Shown here piece by piece: positions 20,297 to 32,167 of a stretch of DNA of 32,167 nucleotides; the stretch's first letter is position 1, and every line of letters begins with the position of its first letter. The DNA comes from Nemertoderma westbladi. Lineage: Eukaryota > Animalia > Xenacoelomorpha. Below the pieces are notes generated by a model, which was given only the letters and a program-made list of their open reading frames with translations, ran no database searches and was not told the DNA's origin. The position numbers were made by a program, and so were the translations under genes. The stretch covers positions 1-32,167 of the forward strand of contig JAUCBJ010007218.1 of NCBI GenBank assembly GCA_032718475.1. Reading direction: 5' to 3'.

Positions 20297-23200
20297 CACC
20301 GTTTGAGTGCGTATGCTGAATTTCTAAAGAAATCCCTTGTAGACAGACGTGCAGTCGTGTGGGACAAGCGGTTATGCTATAATTGCCTCAGACCAGGACA
20401 CCAACGGCGAACCTGTTACTCCGACATAAAGTGTGCAAAGTGTGGCGCGAAACATCACATCTTGTTACACAGTGAGTTCGAACGAGACAAACAGAGTCAG
20501 GTAAGTGAGCCCGAACTACATGTCCAATTCAGTGATGTAAATGACACTGATCAGGAGCCTGAGATGGAAGGATTCTATACTGACGAATTCTCCGACGCCA
20601 ACGAATCCTGTTATCTAATCAATACCGCAGTGTATCGAGCACTTACTTATGAAAAGGACACCAACAATGAGTTTCCCCCAACTACTTTTGCCAAACAACC
20701 ATCTTGGAAAGCTCCAACTTCCAACGTAGGAATCAGAGAATTTCCTGTAGTGCAGGTAAGAGTTCACGGTCCTAACCACAGTTACATAGTGAACGCACTC
20801 CTTGACTCCGGCAGCACAGGAACATTCATCGATCAAGAACTAGCCGAAGATATCTTTGCTGGACAACCCAAATTCCGGACTAAATTGAATATGTCAGGAA
20901 TTATGCAGGTTTGGAAATCTACCCTAACTGCAGATTACTATGTAGGTGTGTTGTCCACCCCCCAGGATAAATTAGGAGCACAAGGTGTAAGGTCGGTAAA
21001 AATGGTGGCTATAAAGAACTTCGCTACTACTCAGGCAGACCTTTATAATTGGGACGAGGATGAGAGTATCCAACATCTTAAGATACCTCGATTCCAGACA
21101 GATTATCCTGGAATGCAAATACTCATCGGCCAAAACGCGCATGAGGCGCTCGAAACATTGGAGAAACGGCCTGCTCAACCACAGCCACTGCAAACCTATG
21201 CGGTAAGAACTAGAGTAGGTTGGTACTTTACTGGCCCTTCCCGCAGGACTCTCGAAGAGAGAATACCACAAGAACGAATATACCAAGTAAACGATTGGGA
21301 AGTAGAGAGCAGTGAGGTGGACGAACTAACTGAGGAAACACCATACTCTTCAGATAATGACGACATCTACCAACTCTTCGATGAAGAGAACACAATAGAC
21401 CTACTCACAGAAAACCAAACTTGGAAAAATCAAGTGAACCTATGTCAACTGATTCGCCCATCGGAACCCATCGCTTACAATGACGAACTAAACGATGAGA
21501 TAGAGCGCTACAACGCTAGAACTCGGGACGAACTAGCCGTACAATTCTTTACTCAAGAACTGGTAGAGCCCAATTCATATGATAAGGCCCTATCGATAGA
21601 AGAAGAAAGAGCCAAGCAAATCCAGGAAACAACTACACGTTTTTTAAAGGACCAAGGTAGATATGAAATCGGCCTACCATTTTGAAAACGAGAACCTAGA
21701 TTTATAAATAACAGACCCTTGGCAGAGAAAAGAATCGCTCAATTACATCGACGCCTTACGGCTAATGCTTCAGCTAAAGAAATGTACCAAACTCAGCTGA
21801 AGAAATTTATAACAAAGGGATACGTGGAGCGAGTACCGGAAGGAACACCAGTGACTGAGAGAACGTATTACTTAACACATCATTACGTTCCCAAACCCGG
21901 TAAACCCCACGAAGTACGAGTCGTATTCAATGGCTCCGCCCTATATATGGGCCAATCCCTCAATTCCGAGTTGTTACCAGGACCCAACTTACTCCAATCT
22001 TTGTTGGGAATACTTTTAAGATTAAGACAATATTCCATCGCGTTCGCCTCCGATATAGAAGGAATGTTCTTACAAGTCAAGGCGCTGGATAGAGATAGAG
22101 ACAGCCTGAGATTTCTGTGGTGGCCTGAAGGAGACCTCAATCAGAAACTGGTAGAGTACTGGATGACCATCCAGGCTTTTGGAATCATATCAAGCCCTTC
22201 CAACGCCTGCTCCGTGGTGCGAACCACTGCGAATGACAACCGAGACTCCTTCTCAAAAGAAGTGATAGACAACATAAAACGTAATATATACATGGACGAC
22301 AATTTAAGGTCCCTTCCATCAGTAGAAGAAGCCATAGATGTCGCGAAAGGAACGGTAGAGTGTTTAAAAAGAGGTGGATTTCGACTGACGAAATTCACTA
22401 GCAACTCCCGTGAGTTTCTGGAAGCCATACCGGTAGAAGACCGAGGAACGAAAGACCTAGACTTAATAAAGGACGATCTTCCTGAAACCAAGACGCTTGG
22501 CTTGAAGTGGGACACTGAAAGAGATATCCTGTTCTTTCAGCTAAAACAGCGAGATAATCCAGTTCGGACCAAACGGATTTGTTTAAGTATCCTGAGCACT
22601 TATTTCGACCCATTGGGATTTATAAGCCCAGTTATATTGATTGCTCGGAGTTTAGTACAACAAATGTGGCTTGAAAACCACTCATGGGACGATCCGCTTA
22701 AGGGAGAATTGTTAAAGAAATGGATGAAATGGGAAGATTCTCTACCCGCCATCGAGAACTTTATAATTTCCCGTGCATATTTTGGCCATGTTCTTCCTAC
22801 GTATTCCTATCAACTCCATGTGTTTGGAGATGCCAGCGACATGGGAATAGGTATAGTAGCATATCTGCGAGTCGAAACCCCGGATGGAATCAAAGTCGCC
22901 TTGGTTACCTCTAAGGCATTGATTAACAACAAGTTAAAGGTTCCTCGAGCGGAGTTAAAGGCGGCTTTATACGCTACAGCCATCGGCCGGAACGTAACGG
23001 AACAAATCGACTATCCACTGGAGAAAACGGTTTATTGGACCGACGCTTTACTCGTGTTGGAGTATCTAACCAATGAAGTCTGTCAGTTCAGCGTTTTTGT
23101 TACTAACAGGGTAGCTATTATTCTTAGTCGCACAAATATAGATCAATGGAGACATTGCCCTGGTACGATCAATCCAGCCGATATCGCCTCCAGGGGAGCA

Positions 23201-25675
23201 ACTCCACAGGAACTGATAGATACTCCAGATTGGTTGGGTGGACCCGACTTCCTGAGCAAGGAAGAGGATGAATGGCCTCCTCACCTTACTACGGCGGAGA
23301 TTAGACAAGCCAAGGGAGCGGAGACAGTCAAACCTAAAACCCGGGCGAGTAAATCGAAGTTATTTAAACCGACTATCGATCTATCTGTATTACATACTTC
23401 CGGGAATGATGCTTCGGATCTACAATCCCTCAACACAAATAAGTCTGTTGTGGAAATTAGAGATAGAGATTGGAAATCTGGAATACCAGACGTCTCGCAA
23501 GGAATCTCACCCATGCTGCAGAGAGCAATGCATCATTACAGTTCCTGGAATCGGCTCTGTAAAGCCGTCACATATTTAAGACGATGTTTTCATCATCACT
23601 ACTCCAGGACGAAGACCACTAGTGATACCGCTCCATTGACATCTGCACAAGTTCATGTTATTAAAAATTTACCCAAATATAAGACCTCTGACCGTTTTCT
23701 AAAGGAGAAAATTAGTCACCAGGAGCATGAAGAAACCAATAAGCAGATACTGAGACTCCTGCAATGCTATGAGGATTCCGAAAAGTATTTCCTGTTGTTG
23801 AGAAATCCGCAGATGCGCTTAAGGGATCGATTCTCGAGCACAATGATAGATGGGTTAATACGTGTTGGAGGAAGACTCACCAATGCGCCCTTATCCTTTG
23901 ACACCAAATTCCCCATACTTATTAGAAATCTTGAAGTACAAATCAAGATGATTGTAGATGTTCACAGTAAACTTTATCATGCTGGTAGAGAACGAATTCT
24001 TAGCGAAATTCGAACTCGCTATTATTTTGATAAACCCCGTAGAGCTCTGAACCAAGTTCTTAGGAACTGCATACCCTGTAGGAAAGCATTCAGTAGGCCT
24101 TTAACACAGCGAGAGGCAGAATTACCTAGGGAACGAGTAAGCTTCTATGAACCACCTTTTACTAATACTGGTGTAGATTTGTTTGGCCCTATTGAAGTAT
24201 ATCGTGCTAGGACTATAGTCAAGAGATGGTGTGTCATCTTCGTGTGCATGACTTGTAGAGCCATCCATCTCGATATGGTGAACGATCTATCTACCAACAG
24301 CTTCGTCTTAAGTTTACGACGACAGATCGCTCGCTTCGGGACGAGTAATACCATGAGATCGGATAAGGGAACGAACTTCATTGGTGCCAACAACGAAATA
24401 CAGGCTTACGTGAAGGACTGGAACCAAAGACAGGTGGACGACCAGCTAAGGATAACAGCGTCTAGCTGGACCTTCAACGCCGCCGACGCCCCTTGGTGGG
24501 GAGGAAGTTGGGAGAGATTAATTCGAAGTGTCAAAACCGCATTTCTCTTTATAGTGCCATGCCGCGCGTATCTCACCGACGAACTTTTGCGGACATTAAT
24601 GGAGGAAATCGCTGCCTATCTCAACGAGAGACCGCTTATGCCAGTCTCATCGAGTCCCGATTCCCTGGAAGCGCTAACACCCGCGCACTTCCTACTGAAG
24701 AAACCTGTAGCCATGCTCCCACGATCGGAGATTGCCGACGGAGACGAATACTGCCGTCGAACTTGGCAACTTATGCAGTTGCTATCCCGTCGTTTCGCTG
24801 ACCATTTCGAGAAACATTATCTGCCCACGCTACAACTTCGAACTAAGTGGTTTGCGCAGCAAGAAAACGTCAGCGCCGGAGATATGGTGCTTATTGTAGA
24901 TCCAGACCTCCCACGTAAACGGTGGCAGACAGGTCGTATCATCGAGACTCACATCTCGGATGATGGTTTAGTGCGCTCAGTAGAACTTGTCGTCATGCGG
25001 CGTAACTTCAAGAAGCCAGGCATAATCTTTGAGACGCACAACTCAATCGCCCAGTTGGTCGTTTATGTTTACTGGAAAGAGACAGAGAACTCTCTGGAAA
25101 CTATGGAAGGCAAGACACTCTTCCCACGACCACCTCCCTAATTCCTCAAACATCTAGGGACTCCCCAACGTGATACGTCTGGAGTGGGTGTATGACTATA
25201 TTGTTTTATCTATTTTATTATATTTTTATATGCGAACTTTATTATGTACTTTATTATAATCGTTTTTATTCAATTTTATTTAGTAGAATGTTATTTTAGT
25301 GATTATTTAGTAGATTAGTGCAATATATTAGTGTTTATTACGTACGTAATTACTTATAATATACATTTAGTGCGACGGCGAGAAAATAATTATTTTTCTC
25401 TTTCCTTACTGTCCGTATCATATTATAAATACGTGACTACAGTAAGATGAAATGTCCGTACTTCTTAAAGTACAATAAAGCCACTACTATATTCAAGTAT
25501 TATTAGTAGGCAGAGTATTAGGAATGCAAAGTTCAGATCCTCGTGTCTCGGCTAAACCAAGCTCTGGGTAGACCTTGGAAACGACTTGCCTCTTCACACT
25601 GACATTGCTTCGTGCGATATTGCTCTTCTACCTTATATTAAATAATACATATAGTAGCGTGATGTCCATATAACA
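20297..25675 (+). mobile_element. BEL/Pao LTR retrotransposon, 5'-truncated (3' LTR starts at 25189; its end is uncertain)
   Basis: Gag knuckles-PR-RT-RH-IN order; ctggagtggg then TGTATGAC at 25189; no matching 5' LTR in the window. Confidence 0.9.
20303..25141 (+). pseudogene. BEL/Pao gag-pol polyprotein, disrupted (N-terminal truncation, in-frame TGA at 21683-21685, frameshift near 25040)
   Basis: CYNCLRPGHQRRTC / CAKCGAKHHILLH; protease ALLDSGS; RT YMDD (22289-22300); RNase H FGDAS, PRAEL, NPADIASRG; integrase DLFGP, SDKGTNF, GGSWERLIRSVK; terminal RPVGRLCLLE lies in another frame. Confidence 0.93.
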
Positions 25676-25721
25676 GTAGCGTAAAACGCAAATAAATCTG
25701 TTAAACCTTTTGACCATCTGT

Positions 25722-26006
25722 AATTCTAGTCGATTAAGATATCGCGGCACCCACCGATATACTTGAAAGACAAATTCTAGAATCAGTGGTTAACGTCCCC
25801 AGACAAGCTCTGGAATAAATCGGTGCCCATCTTAAATATTAATTTAATATTTAGTAAAATCTGTAAAATTCAGATCCTTTAAATTTCTAGTCAATTAAGA
25901 TATCGCAGCACTTACCGATACTCTTAAAGGACAATTTTCATAGAATTAAGGATCCTATGCCCCCAGACCTGCTCTGGAATCAAATTGTGTCAATTTTAAC
26001 ATCAAA
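25722..26006. repeat. Diverged tandem duplication, ~160-bp unit, interrupted by the next LTR
   Basis: ttctagtc.attaagatatcgc.gcac..accgata...ccccagac..gctctggaat at ~25723 and ~25885. Confidence 0.8.
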
Positions 26007-26283
26007 TGTGCCGACGTTTATAGACTCCTTTCCTACTTATAGACTTAAAGACTCCTTAACTACAGTAGAGATATATAATGGACCTTGATTATATGCTTTA
26101 TGGCCTTATTGTACACATACCGTACTTACCTACCGGTACAGTACCAAATGCCTTCTTACCTGTCATGCCTGTCAGTCTGTATGCCGACCTACCTGCCGAC
26201 CTATTATATTTCAGTACTTATTATATTATACAGTCCACAAGTTATGCCTACCTTTTATCTTACCAACCTTTGGCGTTGCCACA
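26007..26283 (+). repeat. 5' LTR (~277 bp, TGTG..CACA); the end is inferred
   Basis: Matches 31915-32167; ends gccACA just before the PBS-like motif. Confidence 0.85.
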
Positions 26284-26285
26284 CT

Positions 26286-26299
26286 CTTCGAACCGGATT
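26286..26299 (+). other. Partial tRNA-Tyr-type primer-binding site
   Basis: CTTCGAACCGGATT versus the complement of the tRNA-Tyr 3' end TGGTCCTTCGAGCCGGATT. Confidence 0.6.
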
Positions 26300-26540
26300 A
26301 CTGCGATGAACCTTTCGATTTCACCTTACCGGTATACTGTAACAGTATAAACTCGATCAACATCCTCGGAATTTCATACTTGGATAACTGTTAACAGTAC
26401 GTCGCTGCCATTTTACATTCCTTTACCGGTACAGCAATCGGCCTATACTTTAACTCAGAACCTCCATAACGGTAACTGATGTGGTATTCGGTACCGGTAT
26501 TATAGAACATCCTACTCCTAGCCTACCTAATTCTGTAATT

Positions 26541-29500
26541 ATGTCAGATTTCGAAAACGATACCACATTGCCAGCTACCGGTACACCGCCTACCGGTACA
26601 CCGCCTACCGGTACACCGCCTACCGGTATCCCGGAAGTTGCCAATTTAAGGCTGCAATTAGATACAGAACGTACGCGCTGTAGATGTTTTATAGCTGATT
26701 TGAGTGCTGTCCGTGACCTTGGAGATAGAGCCGATTCGGATGACCTCGCCTATAGGATCAACCGACTTGAAACTCAGCGTTCTGCCTTGAACCATGTAAT
26801 TTCACAAACTTTAGAAGTCGATACCGACAGCCAGTTTGGGGAAGGGAGTACCCCAAATCGGGCTGGACATGCGCCCCTTGATCGTGGTATCTTTGATCAG
26901 ATGGATGAGTTGTTGTTTAAGTCACAGCGTCTCCTTACTCGTCTCGATCGTGCCTCAGACCGCACTGATAATAATTCAATATCTTCATCAGACTCTAGGC
27001 CGCAGGAACATATTCAAGGCCTACCTAAAATTCAGGTACCTCGTTTTAATGGAGATTTTATTCAATGGCGCCCTTTTTGGGACCAATTCAGTGTATTAGT
27101 GCACGAAACCAGCCTACCAGATATTAAGAAATTCGTGTACCTCCGCCACTCTCTCCAGGGTGAAGCTAAGGATGCCCTAGCTGGCATATCTGCTTCTGCC
27201 TGCAATTACCAGCTTTCCATTGATCTTTTGAAACAAAGATACGGGAATCCGCATCATCTTATTGGGTTGTATGCATCCCGAATTTGTAGCCTGCCTGCTA
27301 TCATAGCTAATGATGTAGGTTCCTTTCGTAGGACTATTGATATATTCCAGGGTTCTCTCCGCGAAATTCAGACACTGGCCTCTGAGATTGAACCTTCCAG
27401 CCAGCCACAAAATAGTACCCAATCCTCTGGATTAACTTCTTTATTACTGGCCCCATTGCTCATTCAGAAGCTTCCTAATGAGGTTGTACTTGAATGGAAC
27501 CGCAGCCATACTACTGATCGTTTTGATCTAACAGAGCTTCTTAAGTTTGTTCGTATAGAGCTGGAAACTCGAGAGGCTATGGCCTTTAAACCTCCAAATA
27601 ATTCTACCCCCAAACCTACTGCAGATTCTAAGCAGAGATTTTCCAGCCATAATCGTATTGAATTTCAGCGATCTACTGTATCTGCATTGCCTGTCTCTGA
27701 ACGTCATTCTTGCCTAGCCTGTGGTGGTAAACCACATAGTATGAAACTCTGTTCTGCCTTCCTAAGTAAATCACCGGAAGATCGTTCAGCTTTAATTAGA
27801 TCTTCACATTTGTGCCATAATTGCCTTGGTCCACATAAAACTGCCAGTTGCCCTTCAACCGCCAAATGTCGCAGTTGTGGCAAATCTCATCACTCCTTAT
27901 TATGCTATAGTCAGAAATCAGGCGTGTCTAGTTCTTCTGCCGCCAATACCACTAATAGTCGACCTGATAAACCTATTAGCTATCAACCGCCTACTTCTTG
28001 GCAACCTAGTTCAGCATCCATTGATCCCGCAAATTCGGCTACAGACTTGGAACCTTATACTGTATTTGTTAAGATAGCAAGGGCTTTTATTTTTTCGCCA
28101 AACTCAGACACTGGTGTTTGGATTCATGTGTATCTCGACGATGGGTCCAAACGTTCCTATATTCGTGGTAGCACTGCCTCTCATATTGGTCTACCTGCTA
28201 GCCAGTCCCGTACCTTAACCACCGGATCCTTTGGGGAACAGGTATATTCTCAACTATCCCATTGTGTATCCTTTGACCTAAGGAGTACTTTCTCTCCACA
28301 ACCTATCACATTGATGGCTTGGACCACTGAGAGACTTTGTCCAGACATGCGACAGGAACGTCTTCTATACCTTCCCAGTCAGATCGCTCATCTTGGTCCT
28401 TGGGCCGATTCTTTTGATGGGAACAACCGCACCATCGACCTCATGATCGGAGCTGATCAACTTTGGTCAGTAACTGGTCAACCTTTGATAGTTCCAGGTT
28501 TACCTACTGCCATATCTACCTTTTTTGGTTATGTCCTTTCTGGACCAATGAATTCTTTATCTAATATTGACCATATATCTAGTCCTTCACTCTTTGTTTC
28601 CGAGTTAGATGACGATATTACTCGACTATGGAGCCTTGAGTCAGTTGGTATCAAGGAATACCCAATTGAATCAGATCCTGCTTATACTGTACCTTGCCGT
28701 TCTCAGGAAAATCCCTTGCGGTATCAGGTCTGCCTTCCCTTTAAAAGCAGCCGTCGCCCTACCTGTAATCGTTCCTTTGTAGAACGTTATCAGCCTCATG
28801 TAATATCTAAACTAACACCTAGCTTATCTACCATCTATTCCGAAAAAATACAGAAGCTCCTCATTGATGGTATTGCTGAGAAGGCATCTACCCCTCCAGA
28901 TGTTGGCTTCTACCTGCCCCACCATAGTGTATCCACGCCTAAGTTTCGTGTAGTCTTTAATGGATCTAGCACTGACTGCAAAGGTGTCAGTCTCAACTCT
29001 TGCTTAGATCCTGGCCCCAACCTTTTGGCCCCATTGACTGATATACTACTTCGCTTTCGTCTTCGCCCATTTATTGTAGTGGCTGATGTAGTCGCAGCCT
29101 TCCACCAGGTCGAACTTCACCCCTCAGATAGACTTTGGGTTAAGTTTCTTTGGAAAGGTGGATATTACCAGTTCAAACGTGTCCCTTTCGGATTGGCATC
29201 TAGTTCCTATCACCTTCATTCTACCGTTCTATCCCATATCTACCAGAATGCTGATCCCACCTTTGCCCGCCAGTTGGTTGAATCACTCCTTTGTGATGAT
29301 GTTGTCTGGAGTGGAGATTCCCAATACGAAGCAGACAAGTTCCTTCATGATTCTGTTTGTCTGTTTAGCAATGCTGCGATGGAGCTTAAGGTCATTGATT
29401 CCCCTTGTAAGGTTCTTGGCCTATCATTAGATCCGACACTTGACATAATCTATGTTAATACTAGTGTTATCAAACCACCCACCATCTTTAACCGCCGGGA

Positions 29501-31894
29501 ACTGCTTCGTTCTCTAGCCAAAGTCTTTGACCCTCTTGGTTTATTGTGTCCTTGGACTATTCGCCCCCGTCTTCTACTTCAACGTTCCTGGAAAGTGGGT
29601 GGAGGTTGGAATACTCCTTTACCTATTGATTTACAATCTGAGTGGTTGTCCTGGTCTAAAGAAGCTGACCAGATAGTTACTTTTCCAAGGTGTGTTCATA
29701 TCACCCCATCCTCTCACCTTCACATATTTTGTGATAGCTCATCTCATGCCTATGGTTTCTTGGCATATGTTGTCCAGCCTAGACTTCAGTCTTTCTTGTA
29801 TTACGGCAAATCTCGTGCAGCACCTTTGAAGCCAACCCACTCAACCCCTCGTTTAGAACTACTGGCTGCCCTTATTGGTGCTCGATTCCTCCACCATGTG
29901 CAATCAGCTATCGTTCAACCAGACCATGTGCATCTTTGGACTGATTCCTTGTGTGTCCTCTATTGGATCCGTAAAGGTGTTGCGAAACGGGATGTCTTTG
30001 TATCCAACCGCCTCCAAGAGATTGCGACTCTTTCTTTACCAACCCAATGGCGATATGTGCCTACCACCTTGAATCCTGCTGATTTACCTTCCCGTGGCAC
30101 CCATCTTTCTACACTGTGCAACAGTGATTTGTACCGCCATGGTCCTGCCTACATCACTGAACCTGAAAGCCATTGGCCTCAAGTTCCCACACCACCGCCT
30201 CAACTTCTTACAGTAGAAGTTCCTGATCCATTATTGGATTGCCCTATTGATATTTCACGTTTCTCGACATTACCCATGCTATACGTGTTGCGGCTTGGGT
30301 TTTTCGTTTTGTGTCCAATACCCGACCGGGTTCCTGCCCAGTTTCTGGATTTCCCTGGGCAACTGAGCTGACTCATGCTTTACACTTCCTAATTCGTGTT
30401 GAGCAACATAAATATTTCGCTGGGGAAGTCACATCCCTTACCAAGAATCCTGATCAGCTGATCACTAGGAGTTCCCCACTTTGGCGATTTCACCCTCTCC
30501 TGAAAGATGGAATCCTTGTATTTATACCTCGGACTGGTGAGATCCCATTAATATTACTTCCCCAACGTAGCCACTTAACATACCTTATTGTTCAGCAAAC
30601 CCACCAAGTCCTTCAACACCAAGGCCCTGAGGCAACATTGTCTCAGATTCGTATCCGCTATTGGATACCTAAGGGTCGCTCCTTGGTCCGTAAGATTGTC
30701 CATGGATGCCCTCGTTGTCAACGCTATCGTGCTGTTGCATACAAACCCCCTGAATCAAGTCTGCCATCATTTCGTTCTACTGCTTTAGCTCCCTTCCAGA
30801 CTACTGGTATTGATTTTTTGGGACCTCTTTATACTACTGGGAAAGTCAAGGTTTGGGTAGCCTTATTCACTTGTGCCTGCATTCGTGCTATCAGCCTTGA
30901 ACCTGTTGACAATCTTAAGTCACAATCTGCATATCTTGCAGTGCGTAAGTTTCTTGCTCGCCGGGTCCCACCTTTTCAGATGGTAGAGTTCCGCTCTGAT
31001 AATGCCAAGACGTTTCTTTCCCTCAGTACCATGCGCTTCCCATCTCATGTCATTACTTGGAGATTTATTCCTGCCCGCTCGCCACATTGGGGTGGCTATT
31101 GGGAGCGTCTGGTTCGTTCTGTGAAGACCTGCCTTCGAACTGTTTGTCACGGTACTGTTCTATCTCGACCTGAACTGGATGCCTTCCTCGCTGAGACGGA
31201 GTCGGTTCTTAACCAGAGGCCACTTACTGCTGCTTCATCCGATCCATCTGATCACCCTCCCATAACACCTGCCAACTTTATCTATGGTGCTCCACCTCCT
31301 GTATCAACTGTTGATGCTGATGCCATAGATGCACCTCTGATTCGCTCTGCCTTGTATAAGCGTGATAAAGCCAACCGCCTTTTTTGGAAGCTGTGGTTGC
31401 ATGACTATCTGTCCTCTTTGCGCACTTGGCGCACTGCTGGTAGTGGTCATGGCAAACTACCCGCCATTGGTGACATTGTATTCGTTCGCGAGTCACTTCC
31501 CAAGGGCCGTGGCTGGACTCCCCGCGGCCAATGGCCAATTGGCCGCATCACCCAAATCTTTATTGGGAAAGATGGTTATCCACATTCTGTTGAACTAAAA
31601 CTCCGTGGCCGTACGACAACTCGCGCTGCGCACTTGCTTGTACCACTCGAATGTGACTCGCCTTACATTTACAACCGTGACCGTGGGGGCTTGCATCAGC
31701 CAGCCACTCATGGCTCTCCCAACCGTGGGGGCACTACTGTTGTTGACTCGCACCACCCCCTACCCATCAATTCGGCGCCACCTGGGGACAATCATGAAGT
31801 TTCTGCACCCCACCCATTGGATGTGTCTCCACCTGATGTGACTATTACCCGTTCCGGTCGAACTGTTAAGCGCCCTGATCGATTTCGTGATTGA
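26541..31894 (+). CDS. BEL/Pao gag-pol polyprotein with one frameshift near 30275
   Basis: Gag LPKIQVPRFNGDFIQWRPFWDQF and three knuckles; protease YLDDGSKRSYI; RT LCDD; RNase H FCDSS, TPRLEL, NPADLPSRG; AIRVAAWVFRF continues in the 30311 frame; integrase DFLGP, SDNAKTF, GGYWERLVRSVK. Confidence 0.93.
26574..26627 (+). repeat. 15-bp coding tandem repeat (TGTPP)n at the Gag N-terminus
   Basis: cctaccggtacaccg, about 3.5 copies. Confidence 0.9.
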
Positions 31895-31914
31895 TCTCCA
31901 TCACGACGTGGGGG

Positions 31915-32167
31915 TGTGCCGACGTTTATAGACTCCTTTCCTACTTATAGACTTAAAGACTCCTTAACTACAGTAGAGATATATAATGGACCTTGATTAT
32001 ATGCTTTATGGCCTTATTGTACACATACCGTACTTACCTACCGGTACAGTACCAAATGCCTTCTTACCTGTCATGCCTGTCAGTCTGTATGCCGACCTAC
32101 CTGCCGACCTATTATATTTCAGTACTTATTATATTATACAGTCCACAAGTTATGCCTACCTTTTATC
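31915..32167 (+). repeat. 3' LTR (truncated by the window end)
   Basis: Identical to 26007-26259 by eye. Confidence 0.95.

Larger units (their letters stand above)
26007..32167 (+). mobile_element. Recent BEL/Pao LTR retrotransposon; 3' LTR runs off the window
   Basis: LTR copies at 26007 and 31915 look identical over the 253 bp available; PBS-like and PPT-like (gtggggg, 31908-31914) sites; full gag-pol. Confidence 0.96.

Noticed and set aside
21683-21685. Programmed stop-codon readthrough
   Set aside because: BEL elements usually have one ORF, the stop lies near the usual Trp of the LPWK motif, and the copy has other lesions; a nonsense mutation is more likely.
30270-30285. Programmed ribosomal frameshift
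   Set aside because: It lies between RNase H and integrase with no slippery heptamer; more likely a 1-bp indel or sequencing error.

Overview
AT-rich animal (probably invertebrate) genomic DNA. The left ~9.6 kb holds an intact intronless RPL18 ORF, a tRNA-derived SINE, decayed RTE-like LINE fragments, several palindromic elements (one carrying a Penelope-type minimal hammerhead motif), a ~130-bp tandem repeat and a GC-rich 198-codon ORF weakly resembling the NPEPL1 N-terminal domain. From 9594 to the end the window is a co-oriented nest of LTR elements. Two are ordinary BEL/Pao retrotransposons (20297-~25675, 5'-truncated; 26007-32167, with identical LTRs where comparable). The standout is a complete 7.5-kb LTR element (9673-17200) with 1237-bp TGT..ACA LTRs and a GGCCG target-site duplication. 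It has no recognisable protease, RT, RNase H or integrase. Instead it encodes one intact ~1240-aa protein with a WRN/EXD/Mut-7-like 3'-5' exonuclease domain and CCHC zinc knuckles. It is inserted into the LTR of a diverged sister element, and comparing the two reveals covarying RNA hairpins across the LTR and long leader and no tRNA primer-binding site. All alignments and domain calls were made by eye; no searches were run.
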